Below, piece after piece: positions 38,926 to 48,787 of a stretch of DNA of 64,000 nucleotides. The notes under the pieces are model-generated. The model had not been told where the DNA came from. It made no database searches and saw only the letters and a list, made by a program, of their open reading frames with translations. The first letter of the stretch is position 1. Each line of letters starts with the position of its first letter. A program made the position numbers and the translations under genes. The stretch is from an uncultured delta proteobacterium (lineage in GTDB: Bacteria > Myxococcota > B64-G9). The stretch is from NCBI GenBank assembly GCA_963754925.1, contig CAVWHX010000004.1, forward strand, positions 352,001 through 416,000, in the 5' to 3' direction.

Positions 38926-40316
38926 GGTTCTGCTCCTGCGGCAGCCGACGGCGTTCGACCGGCACGCGTGAAAACACCGAGCGTAATGACTGCGGCGATC
39001 GTCGCAATCGTTCCGGCCAGCAGGTAGTTCAGGCCCATCAAGCCATGAAGGGCGACGTGCACAGCCACGGCCCCAGACCACAGAAACCATCGCTGGCCCA
39101 GAAACACCGCGCGCAGCACCGTGACCGACAGAATCACCCCGAGCATGATGAGCGCACAGGTCCATGCCACGTGGGTCGCTGCTTCCGGCGCCAGGGGGTT
39201 CGCTCCGGCGCCAATATCCCAGGCCTTCAGCGTCAAGAAGCCGAGGCTCATCAACGCGGACACCCCGAGGTCAGTGAATCCCGGCGAGCGCAATTCTCGT
39301 TGGGCGCGGCGATCGAGCCACGGTATCAGCAGCCACAGCCCGAGCAGCAGGCCAACCAAGCCGAGCGCGGCTTGCGGTCCCTCGATACCGAGCACGTGCG
39401 ATGGGAACTCCTTGAGTAGTTGGTAGATCCACAGGAAATACCACTCGGGTTTGATGCCGGGATAGGCCGGGGCCAGGACATCGGCTTTGTTGCCAAGCTG
39501 CCATTCGGCGCCCGGCACCTTGGGACCGTAGGGCAGAAAGACGGCCAAGGTCAAAACGATGATGAGACAGACCAGCCACAACAGCAGGTCGCGCAGCATG
39601 AAATTGGGAAAAAACCGCATGCCGCGCGGTGCCCGGCGGAGGCCGACCGGCGGGGCCATGCCCAAGCGCTGCACAAACAGAAGGTGCAGACTGACAATGG
39701 CGACGATTGACAGCGGCAGAATGACCACGTGTAGCGCAAAGAACCGATACAACGTGTTGATGGTGACATCGGGGCCGCCACGCAGCACCTGCAATAGCCA
39801 ATCGCCGACCAGCGGCACGGACTTAACCGAATCCGTGCCAACGGAGGTGGCAAAAAAGGCCAACTCGTTCCAGGGCAGCAGGTAGCCGGAAAATCCAAAA
39901 CCCAGGGTCACCGACAGCAGCGCAAACCCGGTGATCCACGTCAGCTCGCGGGGCGGCCGGTAGGCCTTCAGCAGCATGGTCGAGAACATGTGCATGACCA
40001 GGGAGATGATCATGAGATGGGCGCTCCAGCAGTGCACGGAACGCACGAGCCAACCAAACGACACTTTGGTCGTCAGATAGCGAATGCTTTCGTACGAGGT
40101 TGACAGGCCGGGCTGATAGTACATCAGCAGGAGAGCGCCGGAGAGGACCTGGACGCTGAAAAAAAACAACGTGGTGCCGCCCAAGTAGTACCAGAGAAGG
40201 GAATGCCCCCCGATGGGCACCTGTTTGTGGCTCATGAAATCCATGAGCTGCGTCAACCCCAGGCGCTCATCCAACCAGCGGTATACGGCGCCACGACGCT
40301 GCGAGCTTTGGCTCAT
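38922..40316 (-). CDS. Cytochrome b/b6 of a Rieske/b complex (fused subunit IV, extra C-terminal TMs)
   Basis: WLDERLG, GWLVRSVH, GYLLPW, H-x14-H in helix D, IKPEWYF. Confidence 0.92.
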   Translation of the reverse strand: MSQSSQRRGAVYRWLDERLGLTQLMDFMSHKQVPIGGHSLLWYYLGGTTLFFFSVQVLSGALLLMYYQPGLSTSYESIRYLTTKVSFGWLVRSVHCWSAHLMIISLVMHMFSTMLLKAYRPPRELTWITGFALLSVTLGFGFSGYLLPWNELAFFATSVGTDSVKSVPLVGDWLLQVLRGGPDVTINTLYRFFALHVVILPLSIVAIVSLHLLFVQRLGMAPPVGLRRAPRGMRFFPNFMLRDLLLWLVCLIIVLTLAVFLPYGPKVPGAEWQLGNKADVLAPAYPGIKPEWYFLWIYQLLKEFPSHVLGIEGPQAALGLVGLLLGLWLLIPWLDRRAQRELRSPGFTDLGVSALMSLGFLTLKAWDIGAGANPLAPEAATHVAWTCALIMLGVILSVTVLRAVFLGQRWFLWSGAVAVHVALHGLMGLNYLLAGTIATIAAVITLGVFTRAGRTPSAAAGAEP

Positions 40317-40780
40317 GCGCTGGTCTCCGCGCTGACGATGATGTTGCCGGCCGCTTCCCGTTTGACGGCAAAGACATCCAAGGGCCGCGGTGGCGGGCCG
40401 GAAATGACACGACCGTCCAAATCAAAATGGCCGTTGTGACAGGCGCACCAGACAATAGATTCGCGCGGCATGAATTGTACGGTGCAGCCTTCGTGGGTGC
40501 ATTTTGCCGCTAGCGCGTGAATCTTTTGGCCGGCGTCCTCGAAAACTAAAACGCGTTTGTTGCCTATGGGAACAATGACGAAGTGGTCGCGCTCCAGCCT
40601 GGTGCACTCCTCGCGCGTTAAAACCGTGGGCCCGGCCCTACCGGTCTGCTGCAGCGGCTTGAGATAGCGCAGCACCGGGTAAAAAACGCTAGCCAACCAA
40701 CCGACCAGGCCAAGACCGAGCGCATAGTCGAGAAAATGGCGACGAGTCACGGAGTCCTCTTCATGATTCGGACGCGGCAT
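40313..40780 (-). CDS. Rieske 2Fe-2S protein
   Basis: Tat motif TRRHFL; CTHEGC and CACHNG; GPPPRPL. Confidence 0.93.
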   Translation of the reverse strand: MPRPNHEEDSVTRRHFLDYALGLGLVGWLASVFYPVLRYLKPLQQTGRAGPTVLTREECTRLERDHFVIVPIGNKRVLVFEDAGQKIHALAAKCTHEGCTVQFMPRESIVWCACHNGHFDLDGRVISGPPPRPLDVFAVKREAAGNIIVSAETSA

Positions 40781-40895
40781 CAATGGGTCCCTTGTCACCT
40801 TTGCGCATGTTAAGCTAACTCTGCATTCAATCTCCCGTCAAGGAATCGGGAATACTTCTCAAGGGATACCCAATGCGCACCAGCTAACCGTTTGC

Positions 40896-42245
40896 TCACA
40901 CGATGAGTGATTCCCAAAGCGGCCCGGTATGACCCCGGGCATACAAGCGACTGAGAATCTGCGCTGTCCTCTCTCCCCCGGACCCGATGATCCAATTCGA
41001 ACGACCTACCGCCTGGGCCGTCGTGCGTTGAATAATTTCCTGGCCGCCAAGCCCTCGGGGGTTGTAGAAGACGGGGTCAAGGAGGGACTGACTGTCTGAT
41101 ATCTGACCATCGGCAAGGGCCATCCGGTATAATTCTGTATGGGGGTAGATCCGGACGCCACAAAAGAAAAAAAAGACAGACCGATTGACCTTTTCTATAT
41201 TGGTATACGTTTCAGAGAGGGTATCATTGTTTTCTCCCGGACCACCTAAGAGGAAATAGTGCGCGATATGAAGGCCCGCTTCCCGGGCTTGATGGTGGGC
41301 GCGGAAGACTTCCTGCACGGCAAAGGGTTTTCGGTAAGCCGTCAGCATTGCTGCACAGAGCGAATCCGTACCGAATTCAACATGGGTCATTCCAGCATCC
41401 GCCAGAATCCGATAGTAGTGGGGCGGTGGCTCTGTGGGCGTCAGAAAGGCGCCCCAGGGGATGGATAGACCAACCCGGACGAACGCTTTCGCGACCTCCA
41501 AACTGTGATGGTAATCGCTGTTGAAGGAGGCGTCGGTGATGAAGAGATACTTTGCCCCCGCTTGTTCGAGAGCTTTCGCCATCTGCGCGACTTCATCAGG
41601 CGGCGTCCGACGTAGTTCGTGTCCCTCGATGTGGGTATAGGTACAGTAGATGCAGCCAAAGGGACAGCCCCGCTTCGTTTGCAGATTGAAAATTCCCCCA
41701 TGGTGAAGGTAGAAAGGAACCAGGGGATTATCGGCGTCAAATCGCCTTTTGAAACGATCCTGAAAGGGCTCGGGCATGATCGCCGGACATTTCCTGGTGA
41801 TGATCCCTGGTAGTCCAGCGGCATCTTCCCCCTTCTCCAGGGCATCGACCAGGGGAAGGAACCGTTCGCCTTCTCCCAGCACCCCGAAGTCCGTCTCAAG
41901 GACCTCCAATAATTCTTTGGCGAAGATGGTAAAACCGCTGCCGCCCAGAACGATGCGCGCAGAGGAACAACAACGGATCAGCTCCACTAACCGACGATAT
42001 TCCCCGACGAAATCTCGACACTCGACAATGTCACTATTGTCGACGTTGCGGATGGAAAGACCGATGATATGAGGGTCAAAATCCTTGATAAGGCCGCTTA
42101 TTGCGTTCATGTCTGGGATCAAGTTCATGTCGACGATTTTAACCTGATGCCTGGAGGAGAGTATTCCAGCGATATAATCAAGCCCCAATGGATAAACAGG
42201 ATAAGGAACCTTGCACGTGTTGGTAGAAATGAGAAGTATGTTCAT
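40896..42245 (-). CDS. B12-binding radical SAM enzyme (lipid/ladderane-cluster type)
   Basis: PYPVYPLGL, LSIRNVDN, GGSGF B12 domain; QTKRGCPFGCIYCTY CxxxCxxC. Confidence 0.88.
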   Translation of the reverse strand: MNILLISTNTCKVPYPVYPLGLDYIAGILSSRHQVKIVDMNLIPDMNAISGLIKDFDPHIIGLSIRNVDNSDIVECRDFVGEYRRLVELIRCCSSARIVLGGSGFTIFAKELLEVLETDFGVLGEGERFLPLVDALEKGEDAAGLPGIITRKCPAIMPEPFQDRFKRRFDADNPLVPFYLHHGGIFNLQTKRGCPFGCIYCTYTHIEGHELRRTPPDEVAQMAKALEQAGAKYLFITDASFNSDYHHSLEVAKAFVRVGLSIPWGAFLTPTEPPPHYYRILADAGMTHVEFGTDSLCAAMLTAYRKPFAVQEVFRAHHQAREAGLHIAHYFLLGGPGENNDTLSETYTNIEKVNRSVFFFFCGVRIYPHTELYRMALADGQISDSQSLLDPVFYNPRGLGGQEIIQRTTAQAVGRSNWIIGSGGERTAQILSRLYARGHTGPLWESLIV

Positions 42246-42392
42246 CTACGCTGCCTATAACATCGTGTGGGTTTTGATCACGATCGTATCTAACGGCGTT
42301 GCGGACCCGGCAGAATACGAGATTACTCTGGAGAATCGAGATGTCAAGCGCCTGTTGTACGCCCGACTATCGGTGCAGAATGACAAGTACCA

Positions 42393-42845
42393 TCATTGCT
42401 CCAACAATTTTGCGACCTCTGTGAAGCCACCCTGCATCGCAAGCGTGAAAGCTGTTTCACCCCGATTGTTGACCACACTTTTATCGGCATTATATTTAAG
42501 AAGTCGCAATACAATTTCGGTATATCCATAATATGATGCAATTATGAGGGGTGTACTGCCTATCTCAATATTTCCGTACCGTGCATGAGTCGTTGCATTT
42601 GGGTTGGCCCCGTTTTCCAAGAGGAAATTCACAATTCCAGGATAATCATAGTAGATAGCCCAGAGAAGAGGCGTCCATCCCCAACGATCATACTCATTGA
42701 TATTTTCTCCATCATGGAGCAACTGTTTGACCTGGTCCAGATTACCGTTTATTGATGCCTTACTGAGAGACGCACATCCGGTTAAGAGAGAAATGGCAAT
42801 CAACGCACCCAAAAAGCAACAGGAAAAAAACATCTTAATTTTCAT
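42393..42845 (-). CDS. Ankyrin-repeat lipoprotein
   Basis: Lipobox LTGC; GWTPLLWA, GSTPLIIA and GETAFTLA repeats; AT-rich. Confidence 0.88.
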   Translation of the reverse strand: MKIKMFFSCCFLGALIAISLLTGCASLSKASINGNLDQVKQLLHDGENINEYDRWGWTPLLWAIYYDYPGIVNFLLENGANPNATTHARYGNIEIGSTPLIIASYYGYTEIVLRLLKYNADKSVVNNRGETAFTLAMQGGFTEVAKLLEQ

Positions 42846-43089
42846 GGGCGAACACCTCCTTGACAGAGATAATGATAATTAAGGACAGAAAAAATTAAGA
42901 ACCTATCCCGCACTGGTTCAACAGATACCTTTTTATTAACCTTAGCTCAATTTAGATCTGATTTTATTTACCTGTCAATGGAAGTGATGGCATGGTTGAA
43001 AATGACAAAAAGATATTTAAAATTTCTTCTTGATAACAAGCGGGATCACCAATAATCTGTTTATTGCCGTAACCAATTAATTCTATTAG

Positions 43090-43821
43090 GTGAATATGGA
43101 AAAAAAAGTCGCGCTGATCACTGGTGGAGGTCGCGGTATCGGAAGGGCGATCTGCCTTGAATTCGCCCGTAACGGATACCATGTCATTGTCAACTTCAAA
43201 TCGAATATCTCTGCGGCAGAGGAAACCCTCGGAGCAATAAAAGCATTGGGGGCTGACGGAGAACTCTGTCCGTTCGATGTAACTGATACCCGAGTATCGG
43301 CAGAGGCAATTAGAGCTATCGTCGATCGCCACCAGCAGATCGGCGTACTGGTCAACAATGCCGGCGTCGCCGCTGACGGTCTTTTCCCCATGATGTCCTA
43401 CGACCACTGGCGTACCGTGCTTTCCACCACACTCGATGGGTTCTACAACGTGACCAAACCGGTACTAAAAGCAATGATTCGAAAACGCAACGGCTCCATC
43501 GTTGCCATCTCTTCGGTAGCGGGGATTATGGGCAACCGAGGTCAAGTGAACTACTCAGCCGCCAAAGCCGGGATCATTGGCGCGTGCAAGGCCCTTTCCC
43601 AGGAGGTTGCGCGGTTAGGCATTCGAGTGAACGTGGTGGCGCCGGGGCTCATTGAGACCGAGATGATCCAAAACGCTCCCATTGAACAGATCAAACAGTT
43701 GATCCCCATGAACCGCCTCGGCACGCCCGAGGAAGTTTCCCGGGTCGTTCGTTTTCTGTGCTCGGACGACGCTTCGTACATTACGGGACAGGTCATCGGC
43801 GTCAACGGAGGCATGATCTGA
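43090..43821 (+). CDS. fabG: 3-oxoacyl-ACP reductase (cluster-type FabG)
   Basis: TGGGRGIG, NNAG, YSAAK, NVVAPG. Confidence 0.92.
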   Translation: MNMEKKVALITGGGRGIGRAICLEFARNGYHVIVNFKSNISAAEETLGAIKALGADGELCPFDVTDTRVSAEAIRAIVDRHQQIGVLVNNAGVAADGLFPMMSYDHWRTVLSTTLDGFYNVTKPVLKAMIRKRNGSIVAISSVAGIMGNRGQVNYSAAKAGIIGACKALSQEVARLGIRVNVVAPGLIETEMIQNAPIEQIKQLIPMNRLGTPEEVSRVVRFLCSDDASYITGQVIGVNGGMI

Positions 43822-43889
43822 CACCCTGCGCTATGACAGATCAGAATTTAGGAATAAAGAGATCTCTCTTTTTTTTCTAAACAGCACCG

Positions 43890-44108
43890 CTATCGTTTGG
43901 TCCACTCGTTCCGAGTTATCCCTGCTTGCTTTAGTATCCTTGAAAGCAGATCAACGCCGATGCTTTCCCGGTGAGGGTTGGGAACGGTCAGGCGCAGTTC
44001 GCCCTTGATCATATATAAGTGCCTACCCCCGGCGTAAGGTCCCTCAAAACCAAAGGCCTTCAATTTGCCGATAAAATCACGATGAGCTAGAGGAACGAGT
44101 TTCGACAT
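43890..44108 (-). CDS. hicA: HicA-family toxin
   Basis: GF...GGRHLYM...LTVPNPH...LLSRILKQAGI. Confidence 0.88.
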   Translation of the reverse strand: MSKLVPLAHRDFIGKLKAFGFEGPYAGGRHLYMIKGELRLTVPNPHRESIGVDLLSRILKQAGITRNEWTKR

Positions 44109-44109
44109 G

Positions 44110-44358
44110 TTATGCGACAGCTTCGACAGATTCCTTGATTTCACAATTGCCGATCTTAGGAATGGGAAGACCTTTTTTAATGCTTATGATGATCCATCCT
44201 TCTACAACATCTTTAAGATTGTTGCGGCACTCCTCAAGCGTTTTTCCGGTAGCATAAACTCCCGGTAGCTTAGCAATCTCCCCATAATAAGGTTCCTCGT
44301 CGTCGATCTTTTCATAATGCGCAAGTTCCAACGCTTGATTAATATATTCAGCTATCAT
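44110..44358 (-). CDS. hicB: HicB-family antitoxin (short)
   Basis: YYGEIAKLPGVYATGKTLEEC...L..V.E.W; promoter TTGAAA-N17-TATATT upstream. Confidence 0.88.
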   Translation of the reverse strand: MIAEYINQALELAHYEKIDDEEPYYGEIAKLPGVYATGKTLEECRNNLKDVVEGWIIISIKKGLPIPKIGNCEIKESVEAVA

Positions 44359-44453
44359 TGCACACCTCTCTTACTGCAATATAATAGCACGCTCTCATAA
44401 TTTCAACACGGAGCAGATCCGACAGTCAAGTCCTGTCAACTTTCGGTAGTGTT

Positions 44454-45461
44454 CTAATTTGAATTATCCCCCGATTTTAAAAACTCGGGATGCCGTACCA
44501 AGAAGTCATTGAATGCACTGACTAGTTTGGATGTTGTTTGACGCAGCCAGAGCGTATGGATCGATGTCGTTTCGTCGTTTAGAGATGTGGCGTAGTCGAA
44601 GTGTTCGGCTAGATCCTTTGGGTTTGACGGCATGGTGGATGGTTTTTCGCTCAAAGAAATCTTGCGTGGCAATACCCCTCGGTGCGCCAAGGCATCTCGC
44701 AGCCCTTTGAGTTCCTCAAATTCATCTGAACTCGCTACCTGCAATAGAAGCAACGAAAAACTATCGGTAGATAGCCAATTACCATAAGCTTTAGCGACAT
44801 TCATTGGGTATTTTTTTAGATGTTTAGCTTCCAATAACGCAAAGCAGGATGGACAGAGAACTGCTGCAACGCAGTAAACGGCCATGTAAAAACAGTCTAT
44901 AGCTGAAAGTGCAGAGGCAACACAGCCGAACAGTGCACGCTCTTGGGAGTAGCGCTCTTCGAGAGGCGGTGCGGTGTTCAGCACGATCAGTTGTCTGAAC
45001 TCTTGATCGTACTCGACGGTTGAACGCATACGGATAGCTAAACCCTTCCATGCAGATATGTAGCTGGAGTGTGAATTCTTCTTCAACACCTTTAAGGGGT
45101 CGTTTGGGTCGGTGGGTTTTGTGATCAATGAGACTCGATCATAGGCCTGGTCGTATGACGCAACGTCAAACCCAACAGGCATCTCGAATCCGGCGATACG
45201 TGACAGCGATGAGTGTTTGACTGATAGCTCTCCAAGTACGGTCGAATGGCTTTGGCTTTTTCCGGCCAATTTGATTTTGTAGCCTATTATTTTTCCATTT
45301 TTGTTACGGTTAGCTTCTACTAAACCTGAATTTTCCAATCCGCGTATTAGATCAACAGTTGATTTCTGATAGTATTTTCTTGAAAAATACCAAGTTACAA
45401 GACCTCCAACTATTATGCCTGATAACATACTGATTATATTGAACAACTGTACATCATTCAT
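44454..45461 (-). CDS. Hypothetical protein: N-terminal TM plus putative HEPN domain
   Basis: N-terminal hydrophobic helix; helical C-domain with RDALAH (R-x4-H); AT-rich. Confidence 0.6.
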   Translation of the reverse strand: MNDVQLFNIISMLSGIIVGGLVTWYFSRKYYQKSTVDLIRGLENSGLVEANRNKNGKIIGYKIKLAGKSQSHSTVLGELSVKHSSLSRIAGFEMPVGFDVASYDQAYDRVSLITKPTDPNDPLKVLKKNSHSSYISAWKGLAIRMRSTVEYDQEFRQLIVLNTAPPLEERYSQERALFGCVASALSAIDCFYMAVYCVAAVLCPSCFALLEAKHLKKYPMNVAKAYGNWLSTDSFSLLLLQVASSDEFEELKGLRDALAHRGVLPRKISLSEKPSTMPSNPKDLAEHFDYATSLNDETTSIHTLWLRQTTSKLVSAFNDFLVRHPEFLKSGDNSN

Positions 45462-45677
45462 GGTACTTTCCTCACTTCAAAATTTGTTTAGAACCAAGAG
45501 CCGGTACTTCTGTAGTTGGCTCCATGCCATGTGAATACCCTAAGCGCGATATCTGTGACGCGCAAATAAAATTAGATTTCAAAATGATACACTACCCAAC
45601 CTTCACAATCATTGACGGGAGCGTGACCTCAGAGCTAACTTAAAGCCTCGTTTTGAAGAGATGGCTTACATAACCAG

Positions 45678-46331
45678 GTGAGCAAAGGAAGAAAGACTGT
45701 GTTTAAGTTTCCTATCCTTCTTTTTCATTTGTTTTTTGCTTTGCTTCTTACTACGCCGGCATTCGCACAAGATTTCTGGACGCGAAGCTGGGAAAGCATC
45801 CGCGCGGCTTCCAACAATATCCATTCCCTTAACGCATCCTTCACCCAACGTAAGTATATGAAGATTCTCAAACGCCCGTTGGTTTCAACGGGCAGTATCT
45901 TCTACCGGACCCCAGACCGTCTGCGTTGGGAGTACCGTAATCCGATACGCCAAGTGCTGCTCGTCAACGGCAGTAGGGTCAAAAAATACGTCAGGGAGGG
46001 AAACCGGCTCGTCGATGACACCTCGGGCTCGGTCGAAGCCATGCGCATGGTCATGGAGCACGTCGCCGCGTGGCTCAGGGGCGATTTCGAAAAGGATGGC
46101 ATGTTCTCAAAAGAGCTTCAGGCCCAAACGCCACCCTGCATCGTGCTCAAACCTATCGCCGAGCCGATCTCAAGTTTTATCCGCAGCATCAAGTTAGTCC
46201 CCGATAACAATCCCGGCGTGCTTGAGCGCATCGAAATTGAGGAATTCGGCGACGCTTCCACGGTTATTGAGTTCGATACCGTAATCCTCAATGCCCCTAT
46301 TGCCGACTCAATGTTCGAAAGCGCGCAATGA
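45678..46331 (+). CDS. LolA-like outer-membrane lipoprotein carrier (APE-cluster type)
   Basis: Signal peptide AFA; ASFTQRK...L...STG.IFY..PDRLRWEY..P. Confidence 0.85.
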   Translation: MSKGRKTVFKFPILLFHLFFALLLTTPAFAQDFWTRSWESIRAASNNIHSLNASFTQRKYMKILKRPLVSTGSIFYRTPDRLRWEYRNPIRQVLLVNGSRVKKYVREGNRLVDDTSGSVEAMRMVMEHVAAWLRGDFEKDGMFSKELQAQTPPCIVLKPIAEPISSFIRSIKLVPDNNPGVLERIEIEEFGDASTVIEFDTVILNAPIADSMFESAQ

Positions 46332-47023
46332 TCACGAGCATTCCCCGGCGCCGTACGACATTGATGCTATTCTGTGTGGCGATTACGGCATGCACCGCAT
46401 CAACCACCGTACGGCGGCTATCGCCGGGAGAGCAGGCAAGAGCTCTCAAGGCATGCTCTGAACCATTCCCGGTATCGGCGTTCAGAGCCATTCATAAGCT
46501 ATCCTTCACGTTTTCCGGCAACCGCCATAGCTCCTTCATTGGCGTGACCATTGCGGATCAGGCGCGGGACCGTTTGAGGAGCGTGCTCGTTTCCACCGAG
46601 GGCGTCACCCTGTTTGACGCGGTCTACCAGAAAGGCGAAGTCACCATACTTCGATGGATGCTTCCCGGTGATGCGAACGTATTCGGAAACAACCTCTTCG
46701 ATGATGTTCGATTTATGTTTTTCCGCCCCACCGCTGTTTATTCGGAGGTCGGCGTTCAGCGCGACGGGCGGCTGGTATGCCGATTTTTTTCAACGGATAC
46801 GATCGCAGAAGTACTACTACCCCAGGGAAATGGCCGGTATGAGTTGAAGCGTAGCGACCTTAACCGGGAACCTCTTAAAACACTGCATATGCAAGGACCG
46901 TTCGTGGATGGATTCGCCACCACCTTGACTCTGCACAGTCTCCCGAAGCCCGCCTACTCGTTGGTGCTCGAATTGTTAGAGGAAGAACCGCTTTTGATTT
47001 CTGATGATCTGTTCTCTCGCTGA
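46328..47023 (+). CDS. Lipoprotein (DUF3261-like, cluster-associated)
   Basis: Lipobox ITAC; ATGA-coupled to the LolA-like gene; family assignment tentative. Confidence 0.6.
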   Translation: MITSIPRRRTTLMLFCVAITACTASTTVRRLSPGEQARALKACSEPFPVSAFRAIHKLSFTFSGNRHSSFIGVTIADQARDRLRSVLVSTEGVTLFDAVYQKGEVTILRWMLPGDANVFGNNLFDDVRFMFFRPTAVYSEVGVQRDGRLVCRFFSTDTIAEVLLPQGNGRYELKRSDLNREPLKTLHMQGPFVDGFATTLTLHSLPKPAYSLVLELLEEEPLLISDDLFSR

Positions 47024-47038
47024 GCGTTGGTAACGCTC
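46944..47038 (+). repeat. Direct repeat copy 1 (~95 bp)
   Basis: Matches 48694-48787 (6 mismatches in the 72-bp core). Confidence 0.95.
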
Positions 47039-47085
47039 GTTGCATCTTCGGAATAATTATTCTCCTTGAGGGCCTGACTTGAAAG

Positions 47086-48661
47086 TTGTGGGGTTCATCT
47101 GGTATAAAAGAACCACTCGTTCATCAAAGGCATGGCACGGGAATTGAGTTATGGAATCACCGAAGTCTTAAGCTCCGGATCCTCGTTCCGTTGACGCTGG
47201 CAATCATAGTATTGCTGGGCGCGTTCGCCGTCGTTTTCTATCGTTATCAACATGAGCATATTAATGAAGACGCCATTTCCAAGCTCAAATCGTTACAGGA
47301 GTTATACGCCGTCCAGTTGGACAGCGAGGCCGAAATGATGGCGGCCGCCCTGGAGTCGATGCTTCGTGATGAGAAACTGAAGATTGCTTTGAAGGCCAAA
47401 GACCGGAGAGCCTTGCTCGAACAGATTCGAATTCCTTATAACCAACTGCATTCCGAGCATCGAATCACTCATTTTTATGTTACCGGTCCGGACCGGGTGA
47501 ACATCTTACGGGCACACGAACCTGAGCGGTATGGGGATACCATCGACCGCATAACAACGTTAGAGGCCGAGAGAACCGGAAAACTTTTTTACGGGATAGA
47601 ATTGGGGCCCTTGGGGACATTCACGCTTCGAGTGGTTGTCCCCTGGTATGACGGGGAAACGTTGCTTGGATACTTGGAATTAGGCAAAGAGATCATGCCT
47701 CTTGTCGCTAAACTACACGAAATTCTCGGTGTTGAAATTTTTGTTCTCATCGACAAAAAATATCTCAATCAGAAGGACTGGGAGGCCGGCATGAAAATGC
47801 TTGGCCGGAATTTTGAATGGAACCAATTTCCTTCCATGGTCACTTCTTATAAGACTATGGACGTGTTGCCACCAAAACTCTCACTGATGTTTTCTGAAGA
47901 ATATCGGCAACCCCCGGGGAAAAGCGAAGAGATCATTTTCAATGGCAGGCACTATCGCTATCTGCTATTTCCCTTGAAAGACGCGCGGGGGCTTTCGGTT
48001 GGAAATATGGTAATCATGCAAGATATCACCACGCTGATAGGCAATCTTCATAGTACGATTATCAGTTTCGGCGCTATTTGTCTGGTGATCGGTGGAATTC
48101 TGTTCGGACTGTTTTATCTGCATATCAGACGGGTGGAATCGCAATTAGAAAGCGCAAACAAGGAAATTCAGGCCCTCGCCATATCCGACCCCTTGACCGG
48201 CCTTTACAATAGAAGGGGATTCATAGCGCTTGCCGAGCAACAGCTCAAATTGGCCGATAGAACGAGGAGAGGAGCGCTGCTCTTTTTTGCCGACTTAGAC
48301 GGGATGAAGTGGATCAACGATACCCTGGGTCATGAAGAGGGAGATAGAGCCCTCGTTGATATCGCATCGATCCTCAAAGAAACCTTCCGCCTATCCGACA
48401 TTATTGCACGTATCGGAGGAGATGAATTCGCCGTTCTGGTTATTGATACAACGGCAGTTACTCCCGAAATACTTACCGCACGATTAAAAGATTCATATTA
48501 ATAAGAAAAATAGTCGGGAATCTCAGAAATATTTGCTCTCAATCAGTGTGGGCTCTTGTTACTACGATCCTGATCATCCATCTTCTTTGGATGAGCTTAA
48601 GGCATGCGCAGATACCTTGATGTATGAGCAGAAAAGAAACAAGAAATCGTATCCTGTTTAA
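47086..48661 (+). CDS. Membrane diguanylate cyclase with Cache-type sensor (1-nt insertion ~48492)
   Basis: Two TMs, DPLTGLYNRR, RLSD I-site, GGDEF. Removing one T restores ...SISVG...ADTLMYEQK* at 48661. Confidence 0.88.
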
Positions 48662-48693
48662 CCGTGAGGGGTGCTTGACGCCGCAAAGCGTTA

Positions 48694-48787
48694 CGAAACC
48701 GACCTACTTGTCGGTGCTCGAGTTGTTGGAGGAAGAGCCGCTTTTGATCTCTGATGATCTGTTCTCTCGCTGAGATTGGTAACGCTC
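48694..48787 (+). repeat. Direct repeat copy 2 (~94 bp)
   Basis: Matches 46944-47038. Confidence 0.95.

Noticed and set aside
37405..42245. Rieske/b operon as a dedicated electron supply co-transcribed with the radical SAM gene
   Set aside because: The intergenic region carries its own TTGACG-N18-TAGCTT promoter-like sequence, and the periplasmic cytochromes are in the wrong compartment.
42964..43089. AT-rich gene remnant (…IELIGYGNKQIIGDPACYQEE…) upstream of the ankyrin gene
   Set aside because: Too short to assign and has no independent start; cannot be supported without a search.
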